Numbered from the stretch's first letter, positions 10,279 to 21,189 are shown. The stretch is DNA of 64,000 nucleotides from an uncultured cyanobacterium (GCA_963803805.1 CAWDOD010000002.1:640001-704000), one strand, 5' to 3'. The notes: a model not told the origin generated them from the sequence alone. Numbers and translations: made by a program.

Positions 10279-10842
10279 TTATAGTGTTTTGTTATTGGGT
10301 TGATAGTCTTTTGCTAATAAAGAGAATAACTTTAAATCATGGAACTTACCTTTCCAGAAACCTTTTTCTCTTAAAATACCTTCTAAACTAAAACCTAACT
10401 TCTCTAAAAGCTTACTTGAAGCTATATTTCCTATCATTACATGAGCTTCAAGGCGATTTAATTGTAGGGATTTAAAGCCAAAATCAACTACTTCTGTTAA
10501 AGCTTCAGTCATGATACCTTGTCGCCAATATTTACTAGCTAGTTCATAAACTAATCGACTTTGACAGTTTTGATTATCTATAGAAACATAAGCACAACAA
10601 CCAATAACTTTCTGCTCATCTTTTTTGATAATTACCCAAGGTATTCCCTGTCCCTGATACCAAACATCAAGTCTGGATTGAATAATAAAATCGATTTTTT
10701 CCAGTCCAGTAGTAGTTTCATAAACATGATATTTAGTAACTTGAGGATCGCTAAAGATTGTTTTTATAGCTAGTAGATCATCACGTTGCAGTTCTCTTAA
10801 TTGCAAATTTTCAGTTTCTAGTTGGGGAAAATCACTTATCAT
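10279..10842 (-). CDS. GNAT family N-acetyltransferase (RimJ/RimL-like)
   Basis: FPQLETENLQLREL, YWRQGIMTEAL, NIASSKLLEKLGF. Confidence 0.85.
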   Translation of the reverse strand: MISDFPQLETENLQLRELQRDDLLAIKTIFSDPQVTKYHVYETTTGLEKIDFIIQSRLDVWYQGQGIPWVIIKKDEQKVIGCCAYVSIDNQNCQSRLVYELASKYWRQGIMTEALTEVVDFGFKSLQLNRLEAHVMIGNIASSKLLEKLGFSLEGILREKGFWKGKFHDLKLFSLLAKDYQPNNKTL

Positions 10843-10917
10843 TTATCATTAAACGTTAAACACTTCAAGACTACTCCGCTTTATTCACAGCAATTAATCC
10901 CCAAGAAAATTAGGAAT

Positions 10918-11481
10918 ATGGAGACAGTTATCGCCTCAATTATACTATCTCTTTCTACTAACATAGATAATCTTGCTGTGGGTACAGCCTATGGTATCAA
11001 AAAACTAAAGATTGGTCTTTTTGCCAACTTCATAATTGCTGTCCTATCTGGTATTAGCACTTTTGTTTCTATGTCGTTAGGAGAAACAATTAATCATTTT
11101 TTATCTCCAAATTTAGCCCATGAATTTGGTAGTTTTCTTCTAATCTTAATCGGTTTAATTACCATTAGCAAGATTGTGCAAAAACGCTTTAATCAAGAAA
11201 GTCTTGTGGATAATCTTGCTGATAAAAATATAACTTGGCAAGAAGCCACTACATTAGGATTAGCTCTAACTGTTACTAACTTAGGAACAGGAATAGGAGC
11301 AGGAATTGCTCAATTAAGTTTAATTTTAACTAGTTGTTTGAGTTTTACTTCTAGTTTGTTAATGATAGGAGGAGGAGAATTTATCGGCCGAGCATTCGCT
11401 ACTTATTATTCTGGCAGAAAGTTAGAGCTAGTTTCTGGGGTTCTATTAATCTTCCTAGGTATTTATGAATACCTGATTTGA
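10918..11481 (+). CDS. MntP/YtaF family membrane protein (putative Mn efflux pump)
   Basis: SLSTNIDNLAVGTAYG repeat motif and C-terminal ELVSGVLLIFLGIYE; ATG 10918 preferred over the overlapping TTG. Confidence 0.78.
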   Translation: METVIASIILSLSTNIDNLAVGTAYGIKKLKIGLFANFIIAVLSGISTFVSMSLGETINHFLSPNLAHEFGSFLLILIGLITISKIVQKRFNQESLVDNLADKNITWQEATTLGLALTVTNLGTGIGAGIAQLSLILTSCLSFTSSLLMIGGGEFIGRAFATYYSGRKLELVSGVLLIFLGIYEYLI

Positions 11482-11546
11482 CAAACTTATTTATCAGTTA
11501 AGCTATTAAGACATAACTGAGCATCAGTATGTTGATGATCTTAAGT

Positions 11547-12596
11547 TCATTTTTGACAAAGTAATAAACCAAACCAACGATGTTCATCTGTCCAAGCCTG
11601 TAAAGACTTTAAGCCTTGACAAGACAAATATTGCTGCATTTCTTCTAAACTAAACTTACGAGATATTTCTGTTAGAATAGTTTCTTCTTCCTCAAATTCT
11701 ACTTCTAAATTGAGACTTTCTAAGTAAACTTTTTGCCTGGCTTCACTAACCAAATAAAGTTCTATTTGTGATTCTTCCCTATTATAAATAGCGCGATGGG
11801 CAAACTTATTAACTTCAAAATTGCCGCGAAAACGCCAGTTCAAATGGCGCAGCATATTAAAATTAAATTCTGCTGTTATACCTTGACTATCATTGTAAGC
11901 AGCTTCAAGAACTTCTTGAGGTTTTTGTAAGTCGATACCTAAGAGAAAATAATCTCCTGGTTCTAAAGAATTATTCACTTTTTCTAAGAAAAGATTGCAC
12001 TCTTCAGGACTCAAATTACCTAAAGTACTGCCTAAGAAAAAAACCAAACGGCTAGGAAAAGAAGTGGCATTAAGTTTGCCTAAAGCTTGTTCGTAGGTAG
12101 CAACTAAGCCTTCTATTTGCAAGGAAGTATAATCTTGCAGTAATTGCCTAGCACTATGTTCTAATATCTCTGCACTAACATCAATGGGTATGTAGCGCAA
12201 ACTAGGGCTTAATTCTTGGTAAGCATCTAATAAGAAACGAGTTTTGGTAGAACTACCACTGCCTAATTCTACTAACTCACAAGCCCCCGTTATACGAGCA
12301 ATTTCTGGGGCATATTGCTTTAATAAAGAGGCTTCAGTACGGGTTAAATAGTATTCAGGTAATTCACAAATTTTCTCAAATAGTTGTGAGCCAACTTCAT
12401 CATAAAAATAGCGAGGAGAAAGTGATTTTGGAGTTTCACTTAACCCTGCTATAACATCTTTTCCGTCCTCTACCTTTAGTTCTAAATCAGGGGTAAGTAA
12501 ATATCTAACTTTGAGACGATCTTTTTGTTCAGCTAAGCTTGAACTAATGAACTCAGGGGGGTTGGTATTTTCTTTAGCACTCTGATAAGTTGACAT
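11547..12596 (-). CDS. egtD: L-histidine N-alpha-methyltransferase (ergothioneine pathway)
   Basis: PKSLSPRYFYDEVGSQLFEKICELPEYY, ELGSGSSTKT, FLGSTLGN, AAYNDSQGITAEFN, TEISRKF. Confidence 0.92.
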   Translation of the reverse strand: MSTYQSAKENTNPPEFISSSLAEQKDRLKVRYLLTPDLELKVEDGKDVIAGLSETPKSLSPRYFYDEVGSQLFEKICELPEYYLTRTEASLLKQYAPEIARITGACELVELGSGSSTKTRFLLDAYQELSPSLRYIPIDVSAEILEHSARQLLQDYTSLQIEGLVATYEQALGKLNATSFPSRLVFFLGSTLGNLSPEECNLFLEKVNNSLEPGDYFLLGIDLQKPQEVLEAAYNDSQGITAEFNFNMLRHLNWRFRGNFEVNKFAHRAIYNREESQIELYLVSEARQKVYLESLNLEVEFEEEETILTEISRKFSLEEMQQYLSCQGLKSLQAWTDEHRWFGLLLCQK

Positions 12597-12674
12597 CTTT
12601 AATGTATTTTAAGTTGTTGGCTATTGGTCGTCGCTAAGTACAACTCTATTAACTGTACAACTTATTAACGCTCA

Positions 12675-12801
12675 TAAGCTGTCAGGCATTTAATTTACTT
12701 ATTAGGTTTGATGGGGAGATAGGGGGATAGGGAGATGGGGGAAGGGTTTTAGGGCTGATTTCCTAGTTGAGTAATACACAGTTTAAATGCACATCAGCTT
12801 A
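12675..12801. mobile_element. MITE-like element, 127 bp, with imperfect 19-bp terminal inverted repeats
   Basis: Left end TAAGCTGTCAGGCATTTAA (12675-12693), right end TTAAATGCACATCAGCTTA (12783-12801). An identical left end lies at 1366-1383 and a degenerate copy at ~41566-41665. Confidence 0.65.
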
Positions 12802-12866
12802 GGCTATTAAACATTCTAAAAGTAAGAAACTAAAGTATTATCCCTCATTACCTATTACAAGCTTAC

Positions 12867-13691
12867 CTATTGCTTATTCCCCAGCCATTCTTGAAGTTGT
12901 ACTAATTCTTCTTGAGGCATATTGCGGAGATTTTCCACAGCAGGAAAAGTGCTTTTTTCTACATCATGCTGGTAGCTTTTAATAGTTTCTAAAGTAAGAG
13001 TTTGATAGTCTTGGTACTTTTTGGCTAATCTTAGTTTCCGGGGAGTAATACCTAAAATATCGTTGACAATTAGAACTTGACCATCTGTAAATCGGCCAGA
13101 ACCAATGCCAATGGTAGGAATTTGTAACTTGTTGGTGATAACTTGCCCTAACTCTTCAGGAACTAACTCCAATACCAACATGAATATTCCTAGTTTTTCT
13201 AATTGAATTGCATTAGAGATTATTTCTTTTGCCTGGTCAAAATTTTTGCCTTGAACAGCTTTTTTCTGGTGAGTTTGAGGCATTAAACCAAGATGTCCAC
13301 AAACTTGAATATTTTCTTTAATTAAGCATTCAATAACATCCTTTCTTAGCCCTTCTAATTTAACACAATCAGCCCCATTTTCTACTAACCTCTGGGCATT
13401 TTCTAAAGCTTGCTGAGGAGTTTCATAGGATTTGTAGGGTAAGTCAGCGAGAAGGTAACTTTCTTTCACTCCTCGACGTACTGCCTTAAGATGATGAACA
13501 ATATCAGACATCGTTACCTGGGTTTCATCTTCGTAACCAAGAATATTGGTTCCTACACTATCCCCAACAAAGATGACATCTATTCCTGCATAGTCTTCTA
13601 AAATTGCGGTAGGGTAGTCATAACAGGTTAAGGCAGTGATTTTTTGCTGTTGTAGTTTTTTCTGTTGTAGAGACTCTGGAGTTTTCTTCAT
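12867..13691 (-). CDS. panB: 3-methyl-2-oxobutanoate hydroxymethyltransferase
   Basis: TCYDY, IFVGDSVG, LADLPY, VKLEG, GHLGLMPQ, PTIGIGSG, DGQVL. Confidence 0.93.
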   Translation of the reverse strand: MKKTPESLQQKKLQQQKITALTCYDYPTAILEDYAGIDVIFVGDSVGTNILGYEDETQVTMSDIVHHLKAVRRGVKESYLLADLPYKSYETPQQALENAQRLVENGADCVKLEGLRKDVIECLIKENIQVCGHLGLMPQTHQKKAVQGKNFDQAKEIISNAIQLEKLGIFMLVLELVPEELGQVITNKLQIPTIGIGSGRFTDGQVLIVNDILGITPRKLRLAKKYQDYQTLTLETIKSYQHDVEKSTFPAVENLRNMPQEELVQLQEWLGNKQ

Positions 13692-13725
13692 CTAAAGGTA
13701 TTCGAGCAAATTTTAGTTCGGTTGC

Positions 13726-14355
13726 CTATTGGTTATCTAAAGGAAACAGTTGGGGTAAAAGTAAGCCTGAATCAGCTTTGTATGTTTCAAATTCGGGGTA
13801 GCGCGATAGAGAAGTGTCTTTTTTCTGCATATTGGGGACAAAGACTGTGATGGCGAAAAAGCCGAGAATAACGAAAGGAAGCCAATGTTGCGCCAGTAAA
13901 GCAAAGCCCGTGTAAATAAAAATTTCTCCCAAGTAATTGGTATTGCGACAACGGGCAAAGAAACCTTCTGTGATTAAACCTTGTCTATATTTTAAGGTAA
14001 AGTATTTTTGAGCATCGCTGCCGTAATGGAGAAATACGCCGATTATATTAATTGCGATCGCGAAAGCAATTAAGGGTGGTGGGGGTTCTGAACCATTGCT
14101 AATAAGTAGGAACGGTGCTACCCAATATAAACCTAAAACCAAGAAAGCAATCGGACTTAGCCACAAGGGAATTTTCTGTTCCCATCGAGAATCAGGATAA
14201 ATTTTATCTTTCAATAACCACAGGAAACCATAAGTGCCGTGGAGGGCAAGATAAACCCAAGGGGCAATGGTGAAATTTTGGTAAAGGCACATCCAGCCTA
14301 AAACGATCAAGAAGGTAAGTCCTTTGTGCAAATTAATGATATGTTTGATTTTCAT
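13726..14355 (-). CDS. DUF1295 / isoprenylcysteine carboxyl methyltransferase-like membrane protein
   Basis: YLALHGTYG, SDAQKYFTLK, GLITEGFFARCRNTNYLGE. Confidence 0.78.
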   Translation of the reverse strand: MKIKHIINLHKGLTFLIVLGWMCLYQNFTIAPWVYLALHGTYGFLWLLKDKIYPDSRWEQKIPLWLSPIAFLVLGLYWVAPFLLISNGSEPPPPLIAFAIAINIIGVFLHYGSDAQKYFTLKYRQGLITEGFFARCRNTNYLGEIFIYTGFALLAQHWLPFVILGFFAITVFVPNMQKKDTSLSRYPEFETYKADSGLLLPQLFPLDNQ

Positions 14356-14842
14356 AGATAGAGTGATTAGTCCGTTCTATTTAATTGATGTGCAAAGCAA
14401 TGCTAAAGGGAACCTAAAATTTCTAGCTCTCGTCAAATTCAACGATATTGTTCACTAAAGAAATGTAGCTTTGTTAAGTTGTTAAGACCAGGAAGGGACT
14501 TCAGGGATCAAAAACTCTTCTTATCAAAAATGTTTGGCGTACGACCTTTGACTCTAATTAAGACAATTGAAGAAATCAAACCGCCCTCTATTCTCAACAT
14601 TCCTTTGATTTCACCCGATTATTTCTCTAAATCCTTACTATCACTATCTTCTATTTCCTTCTCTAAAGGATAAATGAAAATTAGTTGAATTCACCTCACT
14701 TGGGTTAATATATTTAAGCTTTATCATCATAAGTAAAAAGGGCAGATACAACTTGTCATCAGAATAACTTCAGCGTAGACAAACTACTCACCGATTTTAT
14801 CTTTAAATTAGTCATTTTCCACTTTTTTTGCGAATTGCTAAC

Positions 14843-16414
14843 ATGAGAATTCCTCTTATCGCTAAGTTCCAAATCTTAAAAATTTACTGGTTCTTACTGA
14901 CCCTTGGTTCTATTTTATTTCTCTCCTCTCCTGCTGAAGCCGGAAGACTAGTGAGATGGAATTTTGACCGTACTCAAAACCGCTTAGAATTCAAAACTAA
15001 CGATCGGGTTCAACCTCAAGCACAATTGATTTTTAACCCTACTCGTTTAGTGATTGACTTACCGGGAACCACATTAGGACAGCAAACAGTTAACCAATCT
15101 GTAGGAGGTACAATTCGTCAAATTAGAGTTGGTCAATTTAATGATTCTACTGCCCGTATCGTAGTAGAACTTGCACCAGGATATACCATCGATCCACAAA
15201 AGGTTGAGTTTCGAGGTGCTGACCCTACTCAATGGTTTGTCACCTTACCTACTCCCCAAAGGATATCTCAACAACCAACGCCAACACCATCGCCATCGCC
15301 ATCGCCATCTCCTTCCCCCACCCCAACCCAAAGCCTTCCTGCTTCTGCTTTTCAAGTTACCAGTAATGGTTTAGTGGTTGCTTTAGGAGGGCAAAAATTA
15401 GATGAAGACGATATTAGAATTAAACCCAATCGCCGTCGCGGTTTAGTAGAAATTGACCTCAGAGGAATTACTTTACCTGATAGTTTAGTAGGCAAAGCTA
15501 CTTCCGTTACTAGCGATGTCGTTAATCAAATCCAATTTAGCCAAGAATCAGAAAACCTAGCCCGCCTCACCCTCCAAGTTCCTCAAGATAGTCCAGAATG
15601 GAATGCTTTTTTCAGCAATAGATTAGACAGTTTGCTGATCATACCAAGGGGAGGAGGAAACTTTGAACCAACAACCTTAGTAGTTCCTTCTGAAGATAAC
15701 TCTACTGAACCCGTAGTAAGCAACCCCGATGGCGATATTTCTGTTCCTCCCCCTGACTCTAACCAAGTACCAAGCCCACCCACACTACCTCCGACAACCC
15801 CGGTTCCACCAATCAGAAAGGACGGTAGAGTACTTGTAACCATCGATCCTGGTCATGGAGGAAAAGATCCTGGTGCTATTGGTATTGGCGGACTAAGGGA
15901 AGTAGATGTAGTTTTACCTATCTCCCTAGAGATGACTGAGATGTTGAACCAAAATGGTGTACAAGTACAATTAACTCGCAACGCAGATTACTTTGTTACC
16001 CTCGCAGGACGCACCCAACTAGCTAATCGCGTCGGTTCTGATCTTTTTGTCAGCATCCATGCTAATGCCGCCCCTGGGGGACGTGCAGGAGCAAATGGGG
16101 TAGAAACTTTTTATTATAGTAGTGGCCGCACCCTAGCAGCAGCGATTCAAAATTCCATTATGGAAAGGTTTGATATGAATAATCGGGGTGTTAAACAGGC
16201 CAGATTTTATGTGCTTAGGACTTCGAGGATGCCTTCTGCTTTAGTAGAGGTAGGTTTTGTGACAGGAGATGAAGACTCACGGGTACTCGCTAACACTGCT
16301 TGTCGCACAGAAATGGCTAAGGCGATCGCGGTAGGAATTTTACGTTACAGTCGTATTCAAGAACCCTATACCGGGGTTGAGGTGGATGATTCGAGTTGTC
16401 CTGCTATTAAGTGA
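14843..16414 (+). CDS. N-acetylmuramoyl-L-alanine amidase with AMIN domain (AmiC-like)
   Basis: Signal peptide; AMIN motif NPTRLVIDLP; PT/PS-rich linkers; Amidase_3 motifs IDPGHGGKDPGA, FVSIHANA and LVEVGF. Confidence 0.92.
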   Translation: MRIPLIAKFQILKIYWFLLTLGSILFLSSPAEAGRLVRWNFDRTQNRLEFKTNDRVQPQAQLIFNPTRLVIDLPGTTLGQQTVNQSVGGTIRQIRVGQFNDSTARIVVELAPGYTIDPQKVEFRGADPTQWFVTLPTPQRISQQPTPTPSPSPSPSPSPTPTQSLPASAFQVTSNGLVVALGGQKLDEDDIRIKPNRRRGLVEIDLRGITLPDSLVGKATSVTSDVVNQIQFSQESENLARLTLQVPQDSPEWNAFFSNRLDSLLIIPRGGGNFEPTTLVVPSEDNSTEPVVSNPDGDISVPPPDSNQVPSPPTLPPTTPVPPIRKDGRVLVTIDPGHGGKDPGAIGIGGLREVDVVLPISLEMTEMLNQNGVQVQLTRNADYFVTLAGRTQLANRVGSDLFVSIHANAAPGGRAGANGVETFYYSSGRTLAAAIQNSIMERFDMNNRGVKQARFYVLRTSRMPSALVEVGFVTGDEDSRVLANTACRTEMAKAIAVGILRYSRIQEPYTGVEVDDSSCPAIK

Positions 16415-16472
16415 TTAAGAAGGGGGTAGGGACTGGGAGTGGGTAGCAGGGAATAGTACATTCTTTAACTTA

Positions 16473-17942
16473 TTACTTATTCCTGGAAATTCCGGTGTTG
16501 TAAATTTTCTCGTTAGCTTGGACTGATTTGGCTAAATCCACCACAGGGTGAGGATAATCAACGCCGATCATCACTCCACAGCGTTTTTGTTCTTCGGGTG
16601 AAAGTTGCCAGGGTTGATGCACTTGATTAACGGGTACTTCTTGTAACTCAGGTAGCCAATGCTTAACGTACTTACCTTGAGGATCGTAATCTTTGGACTG
16701 TTTGAGAATATTGAAGTAACGAAAACCACGGGCATCATTACCCACACCAGCAACGTAATTCCAGTTACCCCAGTTACTGCAAACATCGTAGTCGATGAGA
16801 ACAGATTCAAACCATTCTGCTCCCATTTGCCAATTTATACCCAGGTTTTTGGTGAGGAAACTAGCTACGTTTTGTCTGCCTCGGTTGGACATAAAACCTG
16901 TTGCTGCTAATTCTCGCATATTCGCATCTACTAAAGGAAAGCCTGTTTTTCCTTCCCGCCAGAGGTGGAAGCGTTGCCAATCTTCTTGCCAAGGAATATT
17001 GATGCCCTGTAAACCAAATTTATAAAAAATGCGATCGCCGTGTTTAGCACAAATGAAGCGAAAGTAGTCACGCCATAATAATTCAAAAATCAGCCAATAG
17101 GTAGAGTCGTTAGCAACCCTTTGTTCTTCATATTTTTTGACTTCTGCATAGATATAGCGAGGAGACAAGCTACCGCTAGCTAACCAAGGAGAGAATTTAG
17201 AAGAATAGTCTGCCCCTAACATACCGTTTCTGGTTTTTTTGTAAGAACGCAAAAGGTCTTTTTCCCAAAAGTACTCTGCCAATCTTGCTTTACCCGCAGT
17301 TTCTCCCCCTTGAAATGGCAATACGGCTTTGCTATCAATGGGGGTGGGCTGTAACCCTAGACTTTCTAGGTTGGGTATTTCTCCTATGGCAATATTAGGT
17401 AGAGGAGGTAACTTTTGGGGTATGGCTACGGGAGGACGAACAGAAGCTGATTTTTCAATTTTTTTGCGAAACTGAGTAAAGATTTCCGGAAGATAATTGA
17501 TGTGAAAAGGTAAATCTTTGGGGTGAAAAAGAGTAGCTATGGTATAGGTTTTAATTTCTACTTGTAGAGAGGTTAAAGCTTTTTTCAAGGCTTTTTCTAC
17601 AGCTATTTCTTCGGCAGTAACTTCTTGATGGAAATGAACCGTAGAGATAGAAAATTTCTTTACTAAAGCAGGAATAATTTCTTCTGGTAAACCGCGAAGT
17701 ATAACTAAATTGCTGTGGTGCGATCGCCATGATTTCCTTAAATCAGTTAAACTTTCTAAAAGAAATTGGGCGCGGAAAGAACCAGTTTTAGGGAAGCCAA
17801 AGGATGTTGTAGTAAATTGCCGAGGGTCGAAGCAATAAAGAGGGATTAATTGAGATGTTTCTGCTTCAGTCTCAATAGTTTTTAAAGGTGGATAATCCCC
17901 CATCCGTAAGTCGTTACGATACCAAATTAAGTGAGTTTTCAT
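16473..17942 (-). CDS. DASH family cryptochrome
   Basis: WYRNDLR, YKKTRNGMLGADYSSKFSPWL, MSNRGRQNVASFL, DYDVCSNWGNW. Confidence 0.95.
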   Translation of the reverse strand: MKTHLIWYRNDLRMGDYPPLKTIETEAETSQLIPLYCFDPRQFTTTSFGFPKTGSFRAQFLLESLTDLRKSWRSHHSNLVILRGLPEEIIPALVKKFSISTVHFHQEVTAEEIAVEKALKKALTSLQVEIKTYTIATLFHPKDLPFHINYLPEIFTQFRKKIEKSASVRPPVAIPQKLPPLPNIAIGEIPNLESLGLQPTPIDSKAVLPFQGGETAGKARLAEYFWEKDLLRSYKKTRNGMLGADYSSKFSPWLASGSLSPRYIYAEVKKYEEQRVANDSTYWLIFELLWRDYFRFICAKHGDRIFYKFGLQGINIPWQEDWQRFHLWREGKTGFPLVDANMRELAATGFMSNRGRQNVASFLTKNLGINWQMGAEWFESVLIDYDVCSNWGNWNYVAGVGNDARGFRYFNILKQSKDYDPQGKYVKHWLPELQEVPVNQVHQPWQLSPEEQKRCGVMIGVDYPHPVVDLAKSVQANEKIYNTGISRNK

Positions 17943-18048
17943 TAATGTAGAGCAGGAGACTGGGGGGAAGTAATAAGTAATAAGTTTTGAAAATACTGTT
18001 TCCTATTCCCTTTAATGCAACTAGCAACTAGCAACTAGCCATTAGCTA

Positions 18049-18753
18049 TTAGGAACCAAGATGTTTTTCAAAAAACTCCTTTGTCCGCTTATTAGCCATG
18101 GTGGCGGCTTGTTGAGAATAATGTTGCCCCCCAACCCGTGCAAAACCATGGTTCGCATCACCATAAGTATAGAGAGTCACACCGGGATGATAATTAAAAG
18201 CATCTGCAATTAAAGAACGAGCTTCTGCGGGAACGAATTCATCTTCTCCTGCTAAATGGAGAATAGTTGGAGTTTTAATGCTAGCAAGTTCATCAAGGCT
18301 ATTTTCAATCCCCACCCCATAATAACTAACATCACAATCGGTATTAGTGCGGGAGGCCATTAAGTAAGCAAGCTTACCTCCTAAACAATAACCAACGCTG
18401 CCAACTTTTCCGGTACAATTGGGCATACTTCTAATGGTATTGAGAGTGATCACCAAATCATCTATACCTTTGTCTTCACTAAAGCCCTCGTACAACTCCA
18501 AAGCCTGCTGCCATTCTGCTTCAGATTGATCACTAAGCTGGATTCCTGGCTCTTGTCGCCAAAATAAATCTGGTACTATGACCAGATAACCTGCCTCAGC
18601 GTAGGAGTCTGCCAAGTTGCGCATCACTTGGTTTATACCAAAAATTTCCTGGATCAAAATTAATCCTGGTGCAGGTTCGACGGTTGGTTTAGCCAAATAA
18701 GCGCTAAAACTACCGCCGTCAACAGCTTTAATCATGATTTCTTCACTGTTCAT
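18049..18753 (-). CDS. Dienelactone hydrolase family protein
   Basis: IQEIFGIN, GYCLGG nucleophile motif, HGF. Confidence 0.92.
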   Translation of the reverse strand: MNSEEIMIKAVDGGSFSAYLAKPTVEPAPGLILIQEIFGINQVMRNLADSYAEAGYLVIVPDLFWRQEPGIQLSDQSEAEWQQALELYEGFSEDKGIDDLVITLNTIRSMPNCTGKVGSVGYCLGGKLAYLMASRTNTDCDVSYYGVGIENSLDELASIKTPTILHLAGEDEFVPAEARSLIADAFNYHPGVTLYTYGDANHGFARVGGQHYSQQAATMANKRTKEFFEKHLGS

Positions 18754-18841
18754 AACTAGTTCATCTCATTTGGTTCTTTGTAACACTCTCCAGGGTCTAG
18801 GTTATATCATTTACCATTAAATATTTATCATCTGTAGCTAT

Positions 18842-20362
18842 ATGCGTTATTTATCCTTTATTTTATTAAGTTATTTATTACTTCTTTTTCCTACTCCTGT
18901 CAAAGCTAACCAAGAAATAGAAAGAGAAACTTGGTTAGCCCAAAGTCGCAATCAAGCTGACTTTTGGTCAACTTCCCAAGAGTTGATTCAAAAACAACTA
19001 TCTATTCTTGCCTATGTAGAAACTGCCTTCGGGAGTCCAGAATATAATCAAGTTAATTCTGCTAAGGCTAGTTTGCTTTTACATTTAGGTAAGGTGGAAC
19101 GCTTCTTAAAAAGTCAGTATCCGCAACCGGAGTTTTTGTGCTTTAACCGCACTGATGGTTTAACATCTCCTTCTAGCTTGAATCCTCAGCAAACCCAGGT
19201 TTATTGTACTCTCTACAAGTCTCTGGTGCAGCTAGAACCCATTGTTAAATTACTCGATAGGCGCTTACCTTCCCTTTCTGCTTTGGCAACTACCGATCCC
19301 CTTCCTGCTAGTAATGAAGAGTTACCCAGGGATTTATTACGTAGTTTTCCCTTTGATTTTGATAGCCCTGTACCATCGAGATTTTATCGAGTTGAAAATT
19401 TCCCTCAACAAGAAACGATTGTTGTGGATGGGGCAAGAAAAAAGCCCATCGCCGACTACAATCCTCCTTTGCAACCTGCCTTACCAGGAATACCAGGACA
19501 AGCGGTGTTGGCTTTAGAAGCAACTCGCAAGCAGTTATTAGATACTCAGATCCTTTTTCCCTACGAGGTAAAGTTTCGGGAATTTGCTAACAACGAAGAA
19601 GTGATCAATGATCTTCGTTATGGACTTTTACCCCCAGAACCCAATCTTTATGCTAAGTTTCTCGGGCAACCTAATACCGGAATTATTCATATTCTCTCGG
19701 CAGAGGCACATAATCCTAATCCTAATCGTTTAAGGAACCGTCTCAAAGAACCTGTGGTTAACCGTTTTCCTTTAGCCGCTTTAGTACCACCGAAAAAGAG
19801 AGACTTTGTACCTCGCTTAAATCTTCAGATTCAAGGGGACAATTTTGAGGTGATGATGCCAGGGTTAAATTATGGTTTTATGGTGAATATGGGGGATGTA
19901 GCCATGGAAAATTTAGTCTCAGAAAAGGAAAAGGATCTCTTAGGCAATTTCTCTTCTTTAACTCAACCGCAAAAAGAACTATTCTTCAACTACCGTCCCC
20001 CGGAACAAATCAAAACCATCAATGAACATAAGCAACGCTTTATTATGGGGCAAAGGGCAGCAAATTTAGGGATTTTACCTATGCCGGCGGTAACTCAGTT
20101 ACCAATTCAACGCAACCATACTTATTTGCTACGTTTGGTACAGTACCAACTCCCAGAAGCTTTGATTACCGGAGAAGCCATATCAAGGAGCGATCGCCGC
20201 TATCTTAATGAAACTTTTGATGTTCCTAGCAGCGATTTATTAGTAGTATTTCGTCCTGTACATCGGCGTATTGATGGCACTTATACAGTTCTCTGGCAGG
20301 TAATTAAAGAGTTTGATGATCCGCAAATTGTGGACTTAGAAGATTATGTAGAGTTGGAGTAA
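18842..20362 (+). CDS. Exported hypothetical protein
   Basis: 506-aa ORF with N-terminal signal peptide; no recognised domain. Confidence 0.75.
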   Translation: MRYLSFILLSYLLLLFPTPVKANQEIERETWLAQSRNQADFWSTSQELIQKQLSILAYVETAFGSPEYNQVNSAKASLLLHLGKVERFLKSQYPQPEFLCFNRTDGLTSPSSLNPQQTQVYCTLYKSLVQLEPIVKLLDRRLPSLSALATTDPLPASNEELPRDLLRSFPFDFDSPVPSRFYRVENFPQQETIVVDGARKKPIADYNPPLQPALPGIPGQAVLALEATRKQLLDTQILFPYEVKFREFANNEEVINDLRYGLLPPEPNLYAKFLGQPNTGIIHILSAEAHNPNPNRLRNRLKEPVVNRFPLAALVPPKKRDFVPRLNLQIQGDNFEVMMPGLNYGFMVNMGDVAMENLVSEKEKDLLGNFSSLTQPQKELFFNYRPPEQIKTINEHKQRFIMGQRAANLGILPMPAVTQLPIQRNHTYLLRLVQYQLPEALITGEAISRSDRRYLNETFDVPSSDLLVVFRPVHRRIDGTYTVLWQVIKEFDDPQIVDLEDYVELE

Positions 20363-20463
20363 TATCATTAAAGACTAGGCATTGCATAAATAAAAACGGA
20401 AATAAGTGAATATTAATTTCTAAAACTAACCTATTGAAAAATTCATATTTCAATTAACTTAAA

Positions 20464-20492
20464 AAGAGCGAGTTATTAAATAACTCGCTCTT
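20464..20492. terminator. Inverted repeat between convergent genes, probable bidirectional terminator
   Basis: AAGAGCGAGTTAT-TAA-ATAACTCGCTCTT, a perfect 13-bp stem flanked by A/T tracts. Confidence 0.7.
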
Positions 20493-20627
20493 AATAATTT
20501 TTTATTATTTTTTTCCTGGATGGTTGCTGGAAAAACCATCGCAACGAACCGTATTTGTGAGCTGGTTTATTCCTAAAGTTTAATACCTTAGACATTTATT
20601 ATTCGCTCCTGGATAGTTACTATAGCC

Positions 20628-20819
20628 TTAAGCAGTTTCCAGCCAGTCAAAAATTTGATCAAGTTGTTCGAGGGTGACTAAGCCATATTTCCAAAGAACC
20701 ATGGGTAAAGAACCAGGATGTTGATCCATATACCTCTGGGCGATCGCAATGGAATCTTGGGATATTGCTAGTTCGTTTTCTAGAAAACTCAAAAATCGGG
20801 AATAAGTTACCGGTGGCAT
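20628..20819 (-). CDS. DUF2949 family small protein
   Basis: FLENELAIS...LPMVLWKYGLVTLEQLDQIFDWLE; AGGAGG RBS upstream. Confidence 0.88.
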   Translation of the reverse strand: MPPVTYSRFLSFLENELAISQDSIAIAQRYMDQHPGSLPMVLWKYGLVTLEQLDQIFDWLETA

Positions 20820-21189
20820 AAGTTTTGTTTCACCTCCTTAAAGGGTAAATATATTTTCTAACGAGTACCTCGTTTAACTGAGCTAGAGGTTGCCAATCTT
20901 TAATTCGTCTACTATCTCTAGCCCTATCTTTTTGTATATTTTCAGCTTTTTTGAGTTTCTTGCTTGTGTTCTAAATCACAGGTTAGCAAGGATTTTAGTT
21001 ACTCAAACGACTCAAAATTCTCTTAAAGCTCAGTTGCTTTCAGTATCATCTTGATTTTCTCACAAATATGTAGAAAAATATTGTCCAAGCTGTAATCATC
21101 CTTGATAATCTCAGCATTGATTATCTTAGAACCAATTACTTCAACTTCACAAAGCTGTTTCCAAATTTGTAACGATAATTTTTCGATTT

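Noticed and set aside
10918-14355. Novel biosynthetic cluster around egtD, panB and DUF1295
   Set aside because: The functions are unrelated, a MITE-like element separates the genes, and no egtB/egtC is present; probably chance adjacency.
15274-15330. CCATCG-type microsatellite in the amidase gene
   Set aside because: Encodes an ordinary in-frame PT/PS linker; not a phase-variation tract.
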